DNA of 62,704 nucleotides, filler included, from Chiloscyllium plagiosum (lineage: Eukaryota), in the NCBI RefSeq assembly GCF_004010195.1. It is 3 parts of one record of this genome, joined end to end, with 100 filler letters (N's around TTAATTAATTAA, not from the genome) between each part and the next. Parts side by side here need not be neighbours in the genome. Positions count along the whole stretch, not along the records: positions 1 to 29,249 come from NC_057710.1; 2 more parts are not named here. The stretch is one strand, 5' to 3'. Below are positions 1-14,275 of this stretch, piece by piece. Below the pieces are notes generated by a model. It was given only the letters and a program-made list of their open reading frames with translations. It did no database searches and was not told where the DNA came from. The position numbers were made by a program, and so were the translations under genes. The first letter of the stretch is position 1. Each line of letters starts with the position of its first letter.

Positions 1-3000
1 AGATCTAGACAATTGGTGGATCTGAACAAAGAATTAAGATTAGTAGATGTATAGAGATGTCTTCATCCACAGGGCAGAGATTTTTCTTTTTACTCCAATC
101 CACATAAATGTCATACCAGAATTGATATGTTTTTTGCACCCTCAATTTTTTTAAATTCCATATCATCCTGTAAAATAGGTAGTATAGCAATTTCCGATCA
201 CGCTGCTGTATATATGGAAATCAAGGTGAGGAACAACGGGACATCCCCTCGGCATTGGCGTATGGACCCCTTCCTAATGAAAGATAGTAAATTTGTAAAG
301 TACTTCTCTCAAGAATTTCAAACTTTTTTAGAAATTAATTTAGGTATGGCTAGCAACCCATCAATGATGTGGGAGACCATCAAAGCTTACACGCGAGGTT
401 TGATCATCTCCTACTCAGCGACCCAGAAAAAATTAAAGGGAGAACAACAGCGTCTGCTCGAAGCTCGCTTAAAAGCAGCTGAAATAGCATACACTGATAG
501 ACCTTCTATCATCAAATTGCAAAGGATTACAGCCCTGAGGACAGTTCTAAACACTACTCTTACCCAAACGGCTAAGAGGGAAATATTTGCAAAACAAAGG
601 TTATATGAATTTGGCGACAAACCAGGTAGATACTTAGCATTTCTTGCAAAGAAAAAAAAGGGCCCTTAAAATATCACGTCTATCAAGGAAAGTACAAGTA
701 TTTTGATTCATGATCATAAAAAGATTAATGCTATCTTTAGAAAATTTTATTCTGATTTATATAAATCGCAGGATTGTGAAGATAGGACGAGGAGGATGCA
801 GTCATTTTTAAAAAATTTGACCTTTCCGGGCTTAACTCCGGAACAGGTATCTGTCCTAAATGTTCCCCTAACAGTCCAAGAAATACTTGACGCAAACAGG
901 CAACTTCAGAGTGGTAAGGCACCTGGCCCAGATGGTTTTCAAGCTGAATTCTATAAAGAATTTACAGAAATATTGGCTGGTCCCCTTATGGACATGTATA
1001 ACTATGCATATAGTCAGGGCTGTCTCCCGCCTTTGCTGAAAGAGGCAAATATCTCTCTTATCCTTAAAAAAGGAAAGGATCCAGAAGATTGTGCGTCATA
1101 CAGACCAATATCCTTGCTAAATGTAGATTTTAAAATCCTTTATAAAATGTTAGCATTGAGACTAGAAAGGATACTGCCACATATCATAAAGGAGGATCAG
1201 ACGGGGTTTATTAAGGGCCGTAGATCATCCAGTAATATTAGAAGGGTTTTGAATATGATTCAAGCCTGCCATCAGGGAAAGATACCAGGAGTAGTAGTTT
1301 CATTAGACGCGAAAAGGCATTCGATAGGGTTGAATGGTCATATTTGTTTTACACATTGGAAAGGTTTGGCGTTGACAAGGTGTTTACCAAATGAGTCTCA
1401 ACATTGTACAGTGATCCCAAAGCAGTTGTGGTTACCAATGGATTAGGTTCGGATAGCTTCAGTGTGGGTAGGGGCTGCTGTCAGGGATGTCCTCTCTCGC
1501 CATTGTTATTTACGCTAATAATTGAACCACTAGCAGAAGCTATACGGGCTGATCCTAATATAACGGCCCCGAGGATTGGTACAGGTAAACATAAAATTAC
1601 CCTGTATGCTGATGATATTCTTCTATTCCTCAGTAATCCTCTGATGTCCGTACCTCGCTTAACCAAGTTATTAATGCATTTAGCGCATTCTCAGGCTATA
1701 AAATTAATTTCTCAAAATCGGAGGCTATGCCAATGGGTGGCCTTGCTATGATACCCCACTTAGTGGACGGATCCCATTTTCCCTTTCATTGGTCCCTGGA
1801 CGGTTTCTTATATTTAGACATTTTTATTACCCCAGTATTTGGTCAGTTATACAAGGCTAACTTTGTGCATTTACTGGAGAGGATAAGGCAGGACCTCCAG
1901 CGATGGGGAGACCTTCCAATTTCCTGGCTGGGTAGAATAGCCTATACCCTATGAGAATGCTTCCGGTGATGCTGTCGAGGCTGGCACTACGTAAGTTATA
2001 TGGCTGGTTGGGTTCCTTTATTTAGAATCATAGACGGCCCCTCATTAAGCTGAAGAAGCTACAGCTGCCACAGGCAAGGAGAGGATTGGACTTCCCAGAT
2101 TTTAGGAAATATCAGTTAAGTTCCCTATTAAGTTACATAGCTGATTGGGTCTTGTCTGATCCACAATCAATCTGGCTGGACATTGAAGCTTCTCAAGTAA
2201 AATGCCCACTTATTAACCTTTTATTTTCAGACAAGAGGAAAATCATTACGGATCACTGTAAAAACCCTATAATACTAAACACAATTAAAGCTTGGAATAT
2301 AATGCGGCAAAATGAGGGCAAATCACATAAAAGATCCCTCTATGCGCCGATAATGGGAGCATGGGGATTCCAACGGGGTTTACAGGCGCCACTTTTAAAC
2401 TCTGGAGATCCAGGGGTTTCTCATGTCTAGGGGACCTATTTAAAGATGGGGTCCTGATGTCTTTTGAACAGCTGCGCCAGAAATTCGGATTACCTAATGG
2501 AGACCTCTATCGATATTTCCAAATTCGAGATTATATACAGAAGAAGACTATGTTATTAGATAGTCTTTATAAATCGGATAGAGAATGTAGAGTACTATGA
2601 CCAATGGGGGTATCCTCCATAGTAATATTTATCATTTACTATATGATGAAGTATCAGGAGATATGGACAATCTGCTTAAAACATGGGATCAGGAATTGGG
2701 ACTAGAAATCTCTATAGAAACGTGGAATGACATTTGGGAAAACGCCAGAAGAATCACCATCTGTAACAGAACTCAGGCTATCCAGCTGAAGATACTTCAT
2801 TGGGCCCATATAGCACCAGATCGATTGGCAAAATTTAAGGCAGGAGCATCTCCAATGTGTCCCAAATGTAAAATAGAGGTGGGCACTCTTGTACATTGCC
2901 TATGCACCTGTCATAAGATCCGTAGATACTGGACTAAAGTAGCAAGTACCCTGACAGAAATTTTAGGAATGGAAATTAAAGTGGACTCTCCTTTTGGGCT

Positions 3001-3640
3001 TTTCGAACTCTCCCTCCCTGGACATGTACGGAAAGAGACTATTTTCTATTCTCTCTTTCTGTGCAATGAAAAATATTTTGGTATACTGGGTGGCTGAGGG
3101 CCCCCCTGGACTTTCAAATTGGCACAGATTAATTATGGAATGTATTCCTCTTGACTTCCTTACAAATATGGTGCACCGAAAGACCGAATTATTTTATAAA
3201 ATATGGCAGCCTTTCTTGAATTATATGAATACAGATATTTCGGCTATCCTAACAAGGGCTTTTATTTAATTGAGATTACGAACCTGGCTGGTCCGGGGCC
3301 CCTTGGGAGAGGAATCCCGCACGAATACGGGTTTTGTTACATTTGATGTTAACACATTCTGAGCATGTATCTCACTACCCAATTTCTGTGTTATCCGTTG
3401 GGTTTTTTTCTTTCTCTTATTTGAATAATGTAAGAGACTTAAATATACACTCTGGTTAGTTGTAGATTAGATTAGTAGTTAGTTGAGTTTTTTTTTCTCT
3501 CGGTATGTTTCTTTTGTTAAATTTTGGTTATTAGATATTTAAGATTTAATTGTATATCAATGTTTGTACTTGAGAGTTTTGTTTATTTTTGTAAACTTGT
3601 AAAAATGTTAAATTTATAATAAAAATACCTATTAAAAAAA
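1..3640 (+). mobile_element. L1-clade LINE, 3' 3.6 kb (end of endonuclease, RT, C-terminal Cys/His knuckle, 3' UTR, A tail); ORF2 broken by a few stops/frameshifts
   Basis: ORFs 127-669, 703-1446, 1404-1751, 2086-2430, 2597-3097, 2994-3269 give SDHAAV, KAPGPDGF, YRPISLLNVDFKIL, QGCPLSPLLF, LYADDILL, CPKCx7HxxxxC; AATAAA and A-run at ~3618-3640. Confidence 0.93.
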
Positions 3641-3654
3641 CATTACTTGAAGTT

Positions 3655-4160
3655 AGAGTGTCCATTCATCAGTCTAATAAAAGCAGGGAAGAAGCTGTTC
3701 TTGAACCTGTTGGTGTGCGTGTGTTTTCAAACTTCCGTATCTTCTGCCTGACAGAAGAGGCTGTGGGGTTCATTAGCAGGGTGGGAGGGCTCTTTGATGA
3801 TTTTGGCAGCCTTTCTGTGGCAGCAAGCTGTACAAATGGAGTCCATGAATGGGAGGTTCCCTTCTGTGATGTTCTGTCGTTCCTCACAGCAGTTGCCTTA
3901 CCAGGCTGTGATGCACCTGGACAGTATGCTTTCTGTGGTATAAGTTGGTGAGGAACCTTATGGACATGCCAAATTTCCTGAGCTGCCTGAGGAAGAAGAG
4001 GCATTGTTGTACCTTCTTGACCATCGCATCGACAGGGGAAGTCCAAGACAGGTTGTCAGTTATTGTCACACCTGGGAACTTAACACTCCCTCCTCTCAAC
4101 CTCTATTGATATAGATTGGGGGCGGGGGGGTAGAGGGGGGTGTTTGCCTCCTTTCTTCCT
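3655..4160 (-). mobile_element. Rex1/Babar-like LINE 3' fragment
   Basis: Minus translation FPGVTITDNLSWTSPVDAMVKKVQQCLFFLRQLRKFGMS matches the Rex1/Babar ORF C-terminal pattern. Confidence 0.75.
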
Positions 4161-4524
4161 GATGTTCTTTAGTTTTCCACACATGGGGTCCGGAGCCAAT
4201 GTTGAGGACTCCCAGAGCAACTCCCTCCCAAATGTATTCCACTGTGCCACCACCCCTGCTGGGTCTGTCCTGCCGGTGGGACAGGATTTATCCAGGGATG
4301 GTGCTGATGACATCTGGAATATTGTAAGATATGAGTATGACTATGGCAGGTTGTTGCTTGACTAGTCTGTGAGACAGCTCTGCCAGTTTTGGCACTAGCC
4401 TCATAATGTTAGTGAGGAGGACCCTGCAAAGTTGACAGGGCTGTTTCTGTTGTTGTCTTTTCCTGTGCCTAGGTCAATACCAGGTGATCTGTCCAATTTC
4501 ATTTCTTTGTTGAGACTTTGAAGT

Positions 4525-4810
4525 AATTGGTACAACTGAATGGTTTTCTAGGCCATTTCAGAGGGCAACTGAGAGTCAATCATTTTGCTGTGGGTCTGGA
4601 GTCACAGGGAGGTCACACCAGATAAGGATGGCCAATTCCCTTCCCTGAAGGACATTAGTGAACCAGATTACCTATTCCCATAATAGGTAGTCATTTCATG
4701 ATCATCAGTAGATTCTTAACTGAATTCAAATTCTACCATCTGCCAGGTCCCCAGGATATTGTCTGAATTTTTGAATGAATTGTCTAGCGATAATGCCATT
4801 CGGCCATTGC
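4525..4810 (-). mobile_element. Degenerate tRNA-head SINE-like repeat (related pieces at ~10875-11060 +, ~17030-17300 -, ~58410-58590 -)
   Basis: Recurrent motifs TCTGGTTCACTAATGTCCTTCAGGGAAGG and GTGACTCCAGACCCACAGCAA in several places. Confidence 0.55.
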
Positions 4811-5094
4811 CTTCCTTCAATATTCAAGATGAGCTCAGTAGATTTTTGAAACCTAAAGAAATCAGCTGATACAAAGTGGGTTGGTGCAGTAAAGTGGAGT
4901 TGAGTTGGATGCAGAGCTCTGATGTTTTGGGATATGCAAGAGCCCAGAGGAACCCTTTGACCATTTCTTGCTTCTCGTTTTCATGGTTATGAGCTTGACT
5001 GGGTTTTAGTGTTCGACAATGCAGATGGCTCATTTTTGAAACTTTATCACATTGACACTGCGTTGACAACCATTGTTTATTTTCTATTTAACAG

Positions 5095-5172
5095 CTGTGT
5101 CATAATGCACAATGTAAGGATGTGGCTGTCTTTAAAGTAAAGGAATGTGACAACGCCTGCAATAAAAAAGGG
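5095..5172 (+). CDS. ADAM metalloprotease exon: end of Cys-rich domain/start of EGF-like domain (LCHNAQCKDVAVFKVKECDNACNKKG), phase 0-0
   Basis: Acceptor ttttctatttaacag, donor ggg|gtatga, 78 nt open frame; Cys spacing as in ADAM12/15/19/33-type proteins; joins in frame to 9470. Confidence 0.9.
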
Positions 5173-6029
5173 GTATGAAGTTAATTTCTCTTATTCCTTG
5201 TTAGACTGATTAATGTTTTGGGGGTTGATTGGGATAACTGCATCAACTGCATTGATATAATTCGTTTAATGGAGTAAATATCCTAAGGCACTTCACAAGA
5301 GTGCTATCAATACAATTTGGACCACAGTGCCTGAAAGGAAAAAGAGAAAGAATGATTGAGTGGCAGTGAATCCAGACCTCAAGGCCTCGGACAATTGCAA
5401 AAATGCCAATACTGGTGAACCAATGAAAATTACAGATAATACAAGACCAGAATTAGTGTTTTAATGATGTCTCAGAGAATTTGAGCTGGAAAAGAACATA
5501 ATGATACAGGAGAGGTGGGCCAAGGATAGATGTGAAAACAAAGATTGAAATTTAATATCAACATTTCCTTCAATTGGAGCCAACAAGCAGAGGGTAATCT
5601 ACACAAACAAAATGTTTTTAGAGATAGAACAGGAACAGTGTTTTGGATTATCTCAAGTTTCCAGAGGGTAGATTGTGCAGGATGAGATGGGAGTGAATTG
5701 GCAGAATTGCGTGTCGTGGTCAGGATGGTCTGGATGAAGTTTGTAGCAGCAAAGGTGGGCAAGGGTAGAGACCGGCAGAGTTACAGAATGGATCTAGTGA
5801 TGGTGTCTATATGAGGGTAATAGTATATCTCAGGGGAAAACATAACAAATTTGTGAATTGACAGGTGAAGTCTCAGATAGCTGTTCAGGAGAGGATGGAG
5901 TGGCAACTGAAGAATAGACTTGCAATTTTTCCATTATATACCTGAAGGAAATGTTTGCTCAACCAGTCTTGGATATCAGATTGAAATCTGATCATTCTGA
6001 AGGTAACTGGACAGATTACTTGAGTAGTT

Positions 6030-8920
6030 CAGAAGACATACAAGACAGTTGCCTTTATAAGTCATGACACAGATTTAAAGTGCATGTTGCGACTGTACAG
6101 GACTTTGGTTTGGCCCCAGGTGGAACACTGTCCCCACACTATAGGAAGGATGGGATTGTACTGGAGGGGATGCAGAGGAGATTCACCAGGATGGTGCCTG
6201 GAATGGAGCATTTCAGCATTGAAGGGAGGCTGGATAAACTCGGGGTGATTCCTTTGGAGCAGAGAAGTTTGAGAAGGGTCCTGATAAAAGGTCTAAGATT
6301 ATCAGGGACATGAACAGTTTGGATAGGAAGCAGCTGTTACTCTTAGTCACAGGGTCAATGACAAGGGGGGCATCATTTTAAAATAAAAGACAGGAGATTA
6401 AGAAGGATTTGAGGAAAAAAAAACATTTCACCCAGAGGTGGGTGGGGTCTGGAAGGGCGGTGAGGTGGGAAACCTCAACTTTAAAAAAGGATTTGGCTGA
6501 ACACTAGAAATGTCATAACATTGAAGGCTTTGGGCCAAATGTTGAAACGTGGGGCTAGTGTGGACAGGACAGCATGGACATAATGGGCCAAAGGACCCCT
6601 TACATGCTGTTTGACTCGGACACCATTATTTAGTTTTTACATCCAGATTATATTGAAATCAAATTTCACTAGCGACCATAAACACTAGAACATTGGGTAA
6701 GATTTCGGAATTATTGTTCAGTGAAATTACCTCTGCCACCACCTGAATATTTATTGCAGAATCTGCTGTCAGTGAGTTCCATATTCCCACAACCCTCTGG
6801 GTGATGAAGATTCTCCTTAAATCTCCTCTGAACCTTCTGTCCCTTACATTAAATCTACACATTCTGCACATTGATCCCTGCATCAAGGGGAAACATCTCT
6901 TCCTATCAACCTATCAATCCCCCTCATCATTTTGTACATCTCCATCACATCCTCTCGGTTTCCTCTCCTCTGCGGAAAGCAACCCCAGTCTGTCCAATCT
7001 CTCTTCATCACTGAAGTTCTCCAGACCAGGCAACATCCTGGTAAATCTCCACTGTAACCTCTCGAGTTTTATCATATACCTCCTTGAGCAAAAGGAAACA
7101 GTTATTGTTGAAGGGAGTTTCTCAAAATGGAGAAAGGTGACCAGTGGTGTTCCACAGGGATCAGTGCTGGGGCCACTGTTGTTTGTGATATACATTGATC
7201 TGGAAGAGGGTATTGTTGGTCTGATCAGTAAGTTTGCAGGTGACATGAAGACTGGTGGAGTAGCAGAAAGCATAAGGGACTGTCAAAGAATACAGGAGGA
7301 TATAGATAGACTGGAGAGTTGGGCAGAGAAGTGGCAGATGGAGTTCAATCCAGGCAAATGAGAGGTGATGCATTTTGGGAAGACTAATTCTAGAGCGAAT
7401 TATACATTGAACGGAAGAGCCTTGGGAAAAGTTGATGAGCAGTGAGATCTGGGAGTTCAGGTCCATTGTACCCTGAAGGTTGCTGCACAGGTGGTTAGAG
7501 TGGTCAAGAGTTGGCATATGGTATGCTTGCCTTCATCGGGTGGGGTATGGAGTATAAGAACTGGGAGGTCATGTTAAAATTTTACAAGACATTGGTTCGG
7601 CCGCATTTAGAATACTGTGTACAGTTCTGGTCGCCACATTACCAAAAGGATGTGGATGCTTTGGAGAGGGTGCAGAGAAGGTTTATGAGGATGTTGCCTG
7701 GTATGGAAGGTGCTAGCTATAAAGAGAGGCCGAGTAGGTTAGAATTGCTTTTTCCCCCAGGGTGAGGGATTCAATAATGAGAGATTCCGTTTTCAAGGTG
7801 AGAGGTGAAATGTTTAAGGGGGATATACGTGGCAAGTATTTTACATAGAGGGTGGTAGGTGCCTGGAACACATTGCCAGCAGAGGTAGTAGAGGCAGGCA
7901 CAGTAGATTCATTTAAAATGCGTCTGGACATTTGCACGAGGAGGTGGGGAGCAGAGGGATACAGATGCTTAGGAATTTGGTGATAAGTTTAGACAGTGGA
8001 TTTGGATCTACTGGTCTGTTCCTGGGCTGTAAATTTTGTTTTTTTTCCCCTTTGTTTCTATAAATGTGGATTCTGGAACTGCAAACTATATATTTCGACT
8101 GTGGCCAAACCGAAGTTTTATACAGTTCCAATATCATCTTCCTGCATGTAAACTCCATGCCTAAACTAATAATGGTAAATGCAATATTTGCCTTCTTGAT
8201 CACTTTATCCACTTATCCTGACACCTTAAGGAACCAATGTCCATGCAATCCAAGGTCCCTCTGATTCTCTGCTTTCTAGGGTCTTATTGTTCATCATGCA
8301 TTCAATTTGATCGGATTTGATTCACTGTCATCACATATATATAAGAAAAATTTTGTTTTGCGTACAGTACAAGTAGATCATAACATACAAGGACAGACAG
8401 TTAATAGAGTAATTGAATAAATGTAAGAAATATGAGAATTATATCTGCTATAGAGAGAGTCATCCTGAGTTGGCAACATCTTGAATCCATTCCCTAGCCT
8501 GGTTTGTCCTGTCCAAGGGTGTGACCTCACATTTATTCAAATTGAATTCCACTTGCCACTGATTCCCCATCTCTATCCTTCTGTAATCTAAGACTATCCT
8601 CCTCATTCTTGACCACCCCACCAATTTTTGTAACATCTGTGAACTTACTGATCAATTCTCCTCTAAATCATTTATATAGAACACAAACAGCAAAGGCTCC
8701 AACACTGATCCCTGTGGAACCCAACTATACACAGACTTTCAATTAGAAAAACATTCCTCAACCATCAGTTCCAGTTTCTGCCACTCAGCTTGTTGTAGAT
8801 GAAATTTTCAAATTTCCTTTGATTCCATGAGCTCTTCCTTTCCCGATCAGTCTCCTGTGGGAACTTCTCAAAATCCTTCAATTCCAAGGAGATTACATCA
8901 AAAGCATTGCCCTTATCTAC
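6030..8920. mobile_element. Cluster of CR1 LINE fragments in both orientations (best preserved 7085-8030 +)
   Basis: VTSGVPQGSVLGPLLFVIYI, WAEKWQMEFN, LVRPHLEYCVQFWSPH, LERVQRRF motifs. Confidence 0.9.
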
Positions 8921-9469
8921 ATAGCTAGTCATATCTGCTTCAGTGCTTAAGACAACCATCCACAAGCTCCCCCATTATGAGTCTGCCATATCTTAGTCTG
9001 GATGATTTATTTCCATTTACTTCTTACTTGGTTGTGTCCTTTTACTTTCTCTATGCACCAACTCACTGTAATAATTTTACCAAAAGTGCCACATTATAGC
9101 CTCAACCTGACAAGAAGGGCCAATGGACCCAGAATGTTGACTGATTTCTCTCCATAGATGCTGCCAGACCTGTTGAGTTTTTCCAGGTGTTTCCTTTTTT
9201 GTCTCAGTGGTTGTCTGCAGAGTTGCCACTTGCATTAAATAGCCACATATTACCCCGGTTTATGATAGCATGCCTTCTGTGATTACTCCACATCACTCTC
9301 CCGTGCACAATGTCCACAGTGGATAAATATAGTGAATGGATGTTAGCCAGTGGCTTGCTTGAAGGTATCTACAGTTCTGCAGACTGTCCTCTGATGTGAC
9401 TCCAGTTCATGTTCAGTTTTACACTGGACACCATTTTCCAAGTGATTTTAAAATCTTTCATTGTTTCAG

Positions 9470-9578
9470 GTTTGCAACAACAAAGGTACCTGTCACTGTG
9501 ATGTTGGCTGGGCGCCTCCATTTTGTAAAACCAAGACTGGCAGCTTTGACAGTGGACACATGATCAGAACAGATACAG
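9470..9578 (+). CDS. ADAM metalloprotease exon: EGF-like domain (VCNNKGTCHCDVGWAPPFCKTKTGSFDSGHMIRTDT), phase 0-1
   Basis: Acceptor tctttcattgtttcag, donor cag|gtaacc, 109 nt; diagnostic ADAM motif VCNNxxxCHCxxGWAPPxC...GSxDSG. Confidence 0.95.
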
Positions 9579-9691
9579 GTAACCTTTTCAGTTTTTCATT
9601 GTGCTGAGGCTTTTTCTTTGAGTTTTGTCTCTGTGTTCCTCACCAGTATGTGTCTGCAAGCAGAGGTTGCTGAACCATACCAGTCATTTTT

Positions 9692-9835
9692 CAAAGTTAA
9701 AATTCACACAACACCAGGTTATAGTCAAACAGGTTTAATTGGAAGCACACTAGCTTTCGGAGGGCCGCTCCTTCACAACCACCTGATGTGTGATTTTTAA
9801 CTTTGTACACCCCAGTCCAACACCAGCATCTCTGA
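9692..9835. mobile_element. Short Penelope-terminus-like element with inverted ends
   Basis: aaagttaaaattcacacaacaccagg ... cctgatgtgtgatttttaacttt; same family as 23925-24142. Confidence 0.6.
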
Positions 9836-11329
9836 ATCAGTCATTTTTCACAATCAGTTATATCAGTTCTGTTCTGCACTTTAATTTCTGGATGTATTCT
9901 GCGCAATGTTGCTTATTTGATTTGACTGTCTTTTATGTATTTGTTACTGTTATGTGATTAATGAAAGTGGGATTAGAGGTTTGTCCTCAAAGTGTCAGGA
10001 TTTGTCCCCCCCTTTCCCTGCAAATTGCTGTTTCTTGTATGTGGCTGTTCACGTTAACTGTTTGTTTGTAATTTGTACTGGTTAATAAAATATTTTTAAA
10101 AACAAACAGAAAGTTCAGAGGTTCTGCTCTGAGGAAGCTGGACCAGTGTCAGGAAGTAGCCTGTGGAAATGAACGGTGAATTCACGATGGGAATTGAGTT
10201 GAGTTGAAATAACTCTGTGGAGTTATTTCAGGCATCAAAGTTCACCATTTACTGTTCTAATCAAATAAAAGTCAACAGCTCCCAAACTCTGCAGCTTCCA
10301 CTGACCTGAAAGAAATGAGATAAGGAGGGCTGGGACCAGAAATCATTTTGCAAACAGGAAGAAAAGTTATGAAATGAGTGTTGTCAACCTGAGAACCTGA
10401 CAGACCGATGATCAGAAGGTTGATGAGTGAATAGGATTGGATGGGTGTGATGATACAGGGAGGAGAGATCTAGATAAATTCTTGTTTTCAGAGGGCAAAA
10501 ATGGGAGTTGGGCCAGGAAAGCATTGGAGTAGCTAAATATCAGCAAAGGCATGGATGGAGATTCAGCAGTGTGTGGGGTGAGGCACGGTCAGAGACAGGT
10601 CACTTTACAGAGGTGAAAGTCAACAGTCTTCAATATAAAAGGAATGTTGGGCCAGAAATTCCATTCAGGCTCAAATAGACCATCAAAGTTTGATTCAGTC
10701 TCAGGCAGTCAGAAGGTGGCTGGAAGGAATTGGTTATGAGGGCAGAAGCAATGGATTCAATCTATCCCATAATGCCTGCTCATCCAATTTGTGGAAGTTA
10801 GTCAAGCAGCAAAATTAGTCAGAGGCGGAGAATACGTTCAGAGATTTAGCAGAGCTGGGTGCCATTTCAAAAGGCACTGGTGCAGTGATAATATCACTGT
10901 ACTAGCAATCCAGAGTCTGAGCTAATGTTCTGAAGGTCCAGGTACAAGTTCCATCATGGTAGATTCAACTTTAAACAATCTGCAATTAAAAGCTCATATA
11001 ATGGTGACCACATTATCTGTTGTGAAAAATCCATCTGGTTTACTAATGTGCTTCAGGGAGTAAACATTGGTATCTGTGATGCTGGGGAGCGAGATGAACC
11101 ACCTGCTTTGCTTTTCTGGATGTGGCAGGACTGTAGAACTTAGATCTGACCCTTTGGTCGTGGAATTGCTCAGCTCAGTCTATCTCAGTTTGGTACACAA
11201 GCAGCCCTGTTTGGTTGCTTCACCAGGTTGACATCATATTTTTATGTGCTTCTGCTGTTGCTTATATACTCCTGATTGAACAGGAGTTGATCTCCCAGCC
11301 TGATAATAATGGTAGAGAGAGGGAGATGG

Positions 11330-13905
11330 AACATCGAACATTATAGTGAAGTACAGGCCCTCGATGTTGCGCCAACCTGTGAAACCAATCTAAAGCCTAT
11401 CTATCCAACACTATTCCACTAGCATCCATATATTCATCCAATGACCATTTAAATGCTCTTAAAGTTTGAGTCTACTACTGTTGTAAGCAGTGTGTTCCAT
11501 GCCCCTATTACTCAGAGTAAAGGATTAACTCTGACATCTGTACTATATCTATCACCCCCTCAATTTAAAGCTACAATCCCTCGTACTAGCCATCACGATC
11601 CAAGGAAAAAGGCTCTCCCTGTCCACCCTATCTAACCCTCTGATTATCTTATATGTCTCAATAAGTCACCTCTCAACCTTTTTCTCTAATGAAAACAACC
11701 TCAAGTCCCTCAGCCTTTCCTTGCAAGACCTTCCCTCCAGACCAGGCAACACCCAGTAAATCTCCTCTGAACCCTGTCCGAAGCTTCCACATTCTTCCAA
11801 TAATGCGGTGACCAGAACTGTACGCAATATTCCAAGTGTGGCTGCAGTACATCTGCAGTATGACCTCATGGCTCCAAAACTCAATCCCTCTACCAATAAA
11901 AGCTAACACACCGTTGCCTTCTGACCAACCTTATCATCCTGGGTGGCAACTTTCAGGACATGGAGATCTCTGTTCATCTACACAACCAAGAATCTTACCA
12001 TTAGCCCAGCACTCTTTCTTCCTGTTGGTTCTTCCAAATCACCTCACACTTTTCCACATTAAACTCCATTTGCTTCCTCCCAGCCCAGCTCTGCAGCTTA
12101 TCTATGTCCCTCTGTAACCTGCAACATCCTGGTGTGGACTTGTTGGGCCGAATGGCCTGTTTCCACACTGTAAAGTAATCTAATCTAATCCTTCAGCACT
12201 ATCTACAACTCCACCAACCTTAATATCATTCGCAAATTTACTAACCCATCCTTCTACACCCTCATCCAGGTCATTTATAAACATGACAAACAGCAGTGAC
12301 CCGAAAACAGATCCTTGCGGTACACCACTAGTAACTGAGCTCCAGGATGAACATTTCCCACCAACCACCACTCCCTGTCTTCTTACAGCTGGCCAATTTC
12401 TGATCCAAACCACTAAATCACCCTCAATCCCATGCCTCAGTATTTTCTGCAATAGCCTACTGTGGGGAACACTATCAAATGCTTTACTGAAATCCATACA
12501 CAACACCAACTGCTTTACCCTCATCTACTTGTTTGGTTACCTTCTCAAAGAACTCAATAAGATTTGTGAGGCATGACCTATCCTTCACAAACCAGTGTTG
12601 ACTATCCCTAATCAACTTATTCCTTTCTAGATGATTATAAATCCTATCTCTTATAATCCTTTCCAACACTCTACCCACAACCGAAGTAAGGTTCATTGGT
12701 CTATAATTACCAGGATTGTCTCTACTCCCCTTCTTGAACAAGGGGACAACATTACTATCCTCCAGTCTTCTGGCACTATTCCTGTAGACAATGACAACAG
12801 ATCAAAGTCAAAGCCTCTGCAATCTCCTTCCTGGCTTCCCAGGGAATCAGAGGATAAATCCCGTCCATCCCAGGGGACTTATCTATTTTCACACTTTCCA
12901 AAATTGCTAACACCTCCTCCTGGTGAGCCTCAACCCTGTCCAGTCTAGTAGTCTGTATCTCAGTATTCTCCTCAACAACATTCCCTTTCTCCAGTGTGAA
13001 TACTGACAAAGAATATTCATTTAGAGCTTTCCCCATCTCCTCTGACTCTATGCACAACTTTCTACTACCATACTTGATTGGCCCTAATCTTTCTCTGGTC
13101 AGTCTTATTCCTTAAAAGCCTACAGAAAGCTTTAGGGTTTTCCTTGATCCTACCTGCCAATGACTTCTCATGTCCCCCCCTGGCTCTTAGCTTTCTCTTT
13201 AGGTCTTTTCTGGCTAACCTGTAACTCTCAAGTGAGCCTTCCCATCTCAGTCTTCTTCCTATTGACAAGAGTTTCAACCTCTTTAGTAAACCACAGCTCC
13301 CTCGCTCGACTGCTTCCTCCCTGCCTGACAGTACAGACTTATTAAGGGCATGCAGTAGCTATTACTTGAATAAGCTCCACATTTCCATTGTTCCCATCCC
13401 CTGCAATTTCCTTCCCCATCCTATACATCCTAAATATTGCCTAATGCATCATAATTGCCTTTCCCCAAGCTATAACTCTTGCCTTGCTTTATATCTCTAT
13501 CCCTTTCCATCACTAAAGTAAACATAACCAAATTGTGGTCACTATCATCAAAGTGCTCACCTCCCTCCAAAATCTAAAACTTGGCCGGGTTCGTTACCCA
13601 GTACCAAGTCCACTGTGGCCTTGCCCCTTGTTGGTCTGTCTATATACTGTGTCAGGAAACCCACCTGTATACATTGGACAAAAACCAACCCATCTAAAGT
13701 ACTTGAAATATAGTATTTACAGTCAATATTGGAAAGTTAAAGTTCCCCATAATAAGTACCCTGTTACTCTCACTCCTATCCAGAGATATCATTGCTATCC
13801 TTTCCTCTACATCTCTGGAACTATTCAGAGGCTGATAGACAACTACCAACAGGGTGACCTCTCCTTTCCAGTTTCTAACCTCAGCCCATACTACCTCAGC
13901 TGACG
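11330..13905 (-). mobile_element. Long CR1 LINE ORF2 remnant (endonuclease part, RT, 3' end) with short SINE/LINE tail inserted at ~12131-12190
   Basis: KSPGMDGIYP, FKKGSRDNPGNYRP, SCLTNLIEFFE, MDFSKAFDSVPH, SGVPQGSV on the minus strand. Confidence 0.92.
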
Positions 13906-13909
13906 AGTT

Positions 13910-14275
13910 TATTGGAGAAAGAGGAGGAGAGGGGACCTAATTGAGGTATACAAGATAATGAGAGGCATAGATAGAGTCGATAGCCAGAGACTATTTCCCA
14001 GAGCAGAAATGACTAACACGAGGGGTCATAGTTTTAAGCTGGTTGGAGGAAAGTATAGTGGGGATGTCAGAGGCAGGTTCTTTACACAGAGTTGAGAGAG
14101 CATGGAATGCGTTGCCAGCAGTTGTGGAGGCAGGGTCATTAGGGACATTTAAGAGCCTCCTGGACATGCATATGGTCTCAGAAATTTGAGAGTGCATACA
14201 TGAGGATCAGTGGCCGGCACAACATCGTGGGCTGAAGGGCCTGTTCTGTGCTGTACTGTTCTATGTTCTATGTTC
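13910..14275 (+). mobile_element. CR1 3' end
   Basis: CR1 C-terminal sequence ending gggctgaagggcctgttctgtgctgtac plus (tgttcta)n tail. Confidence 0.85.
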
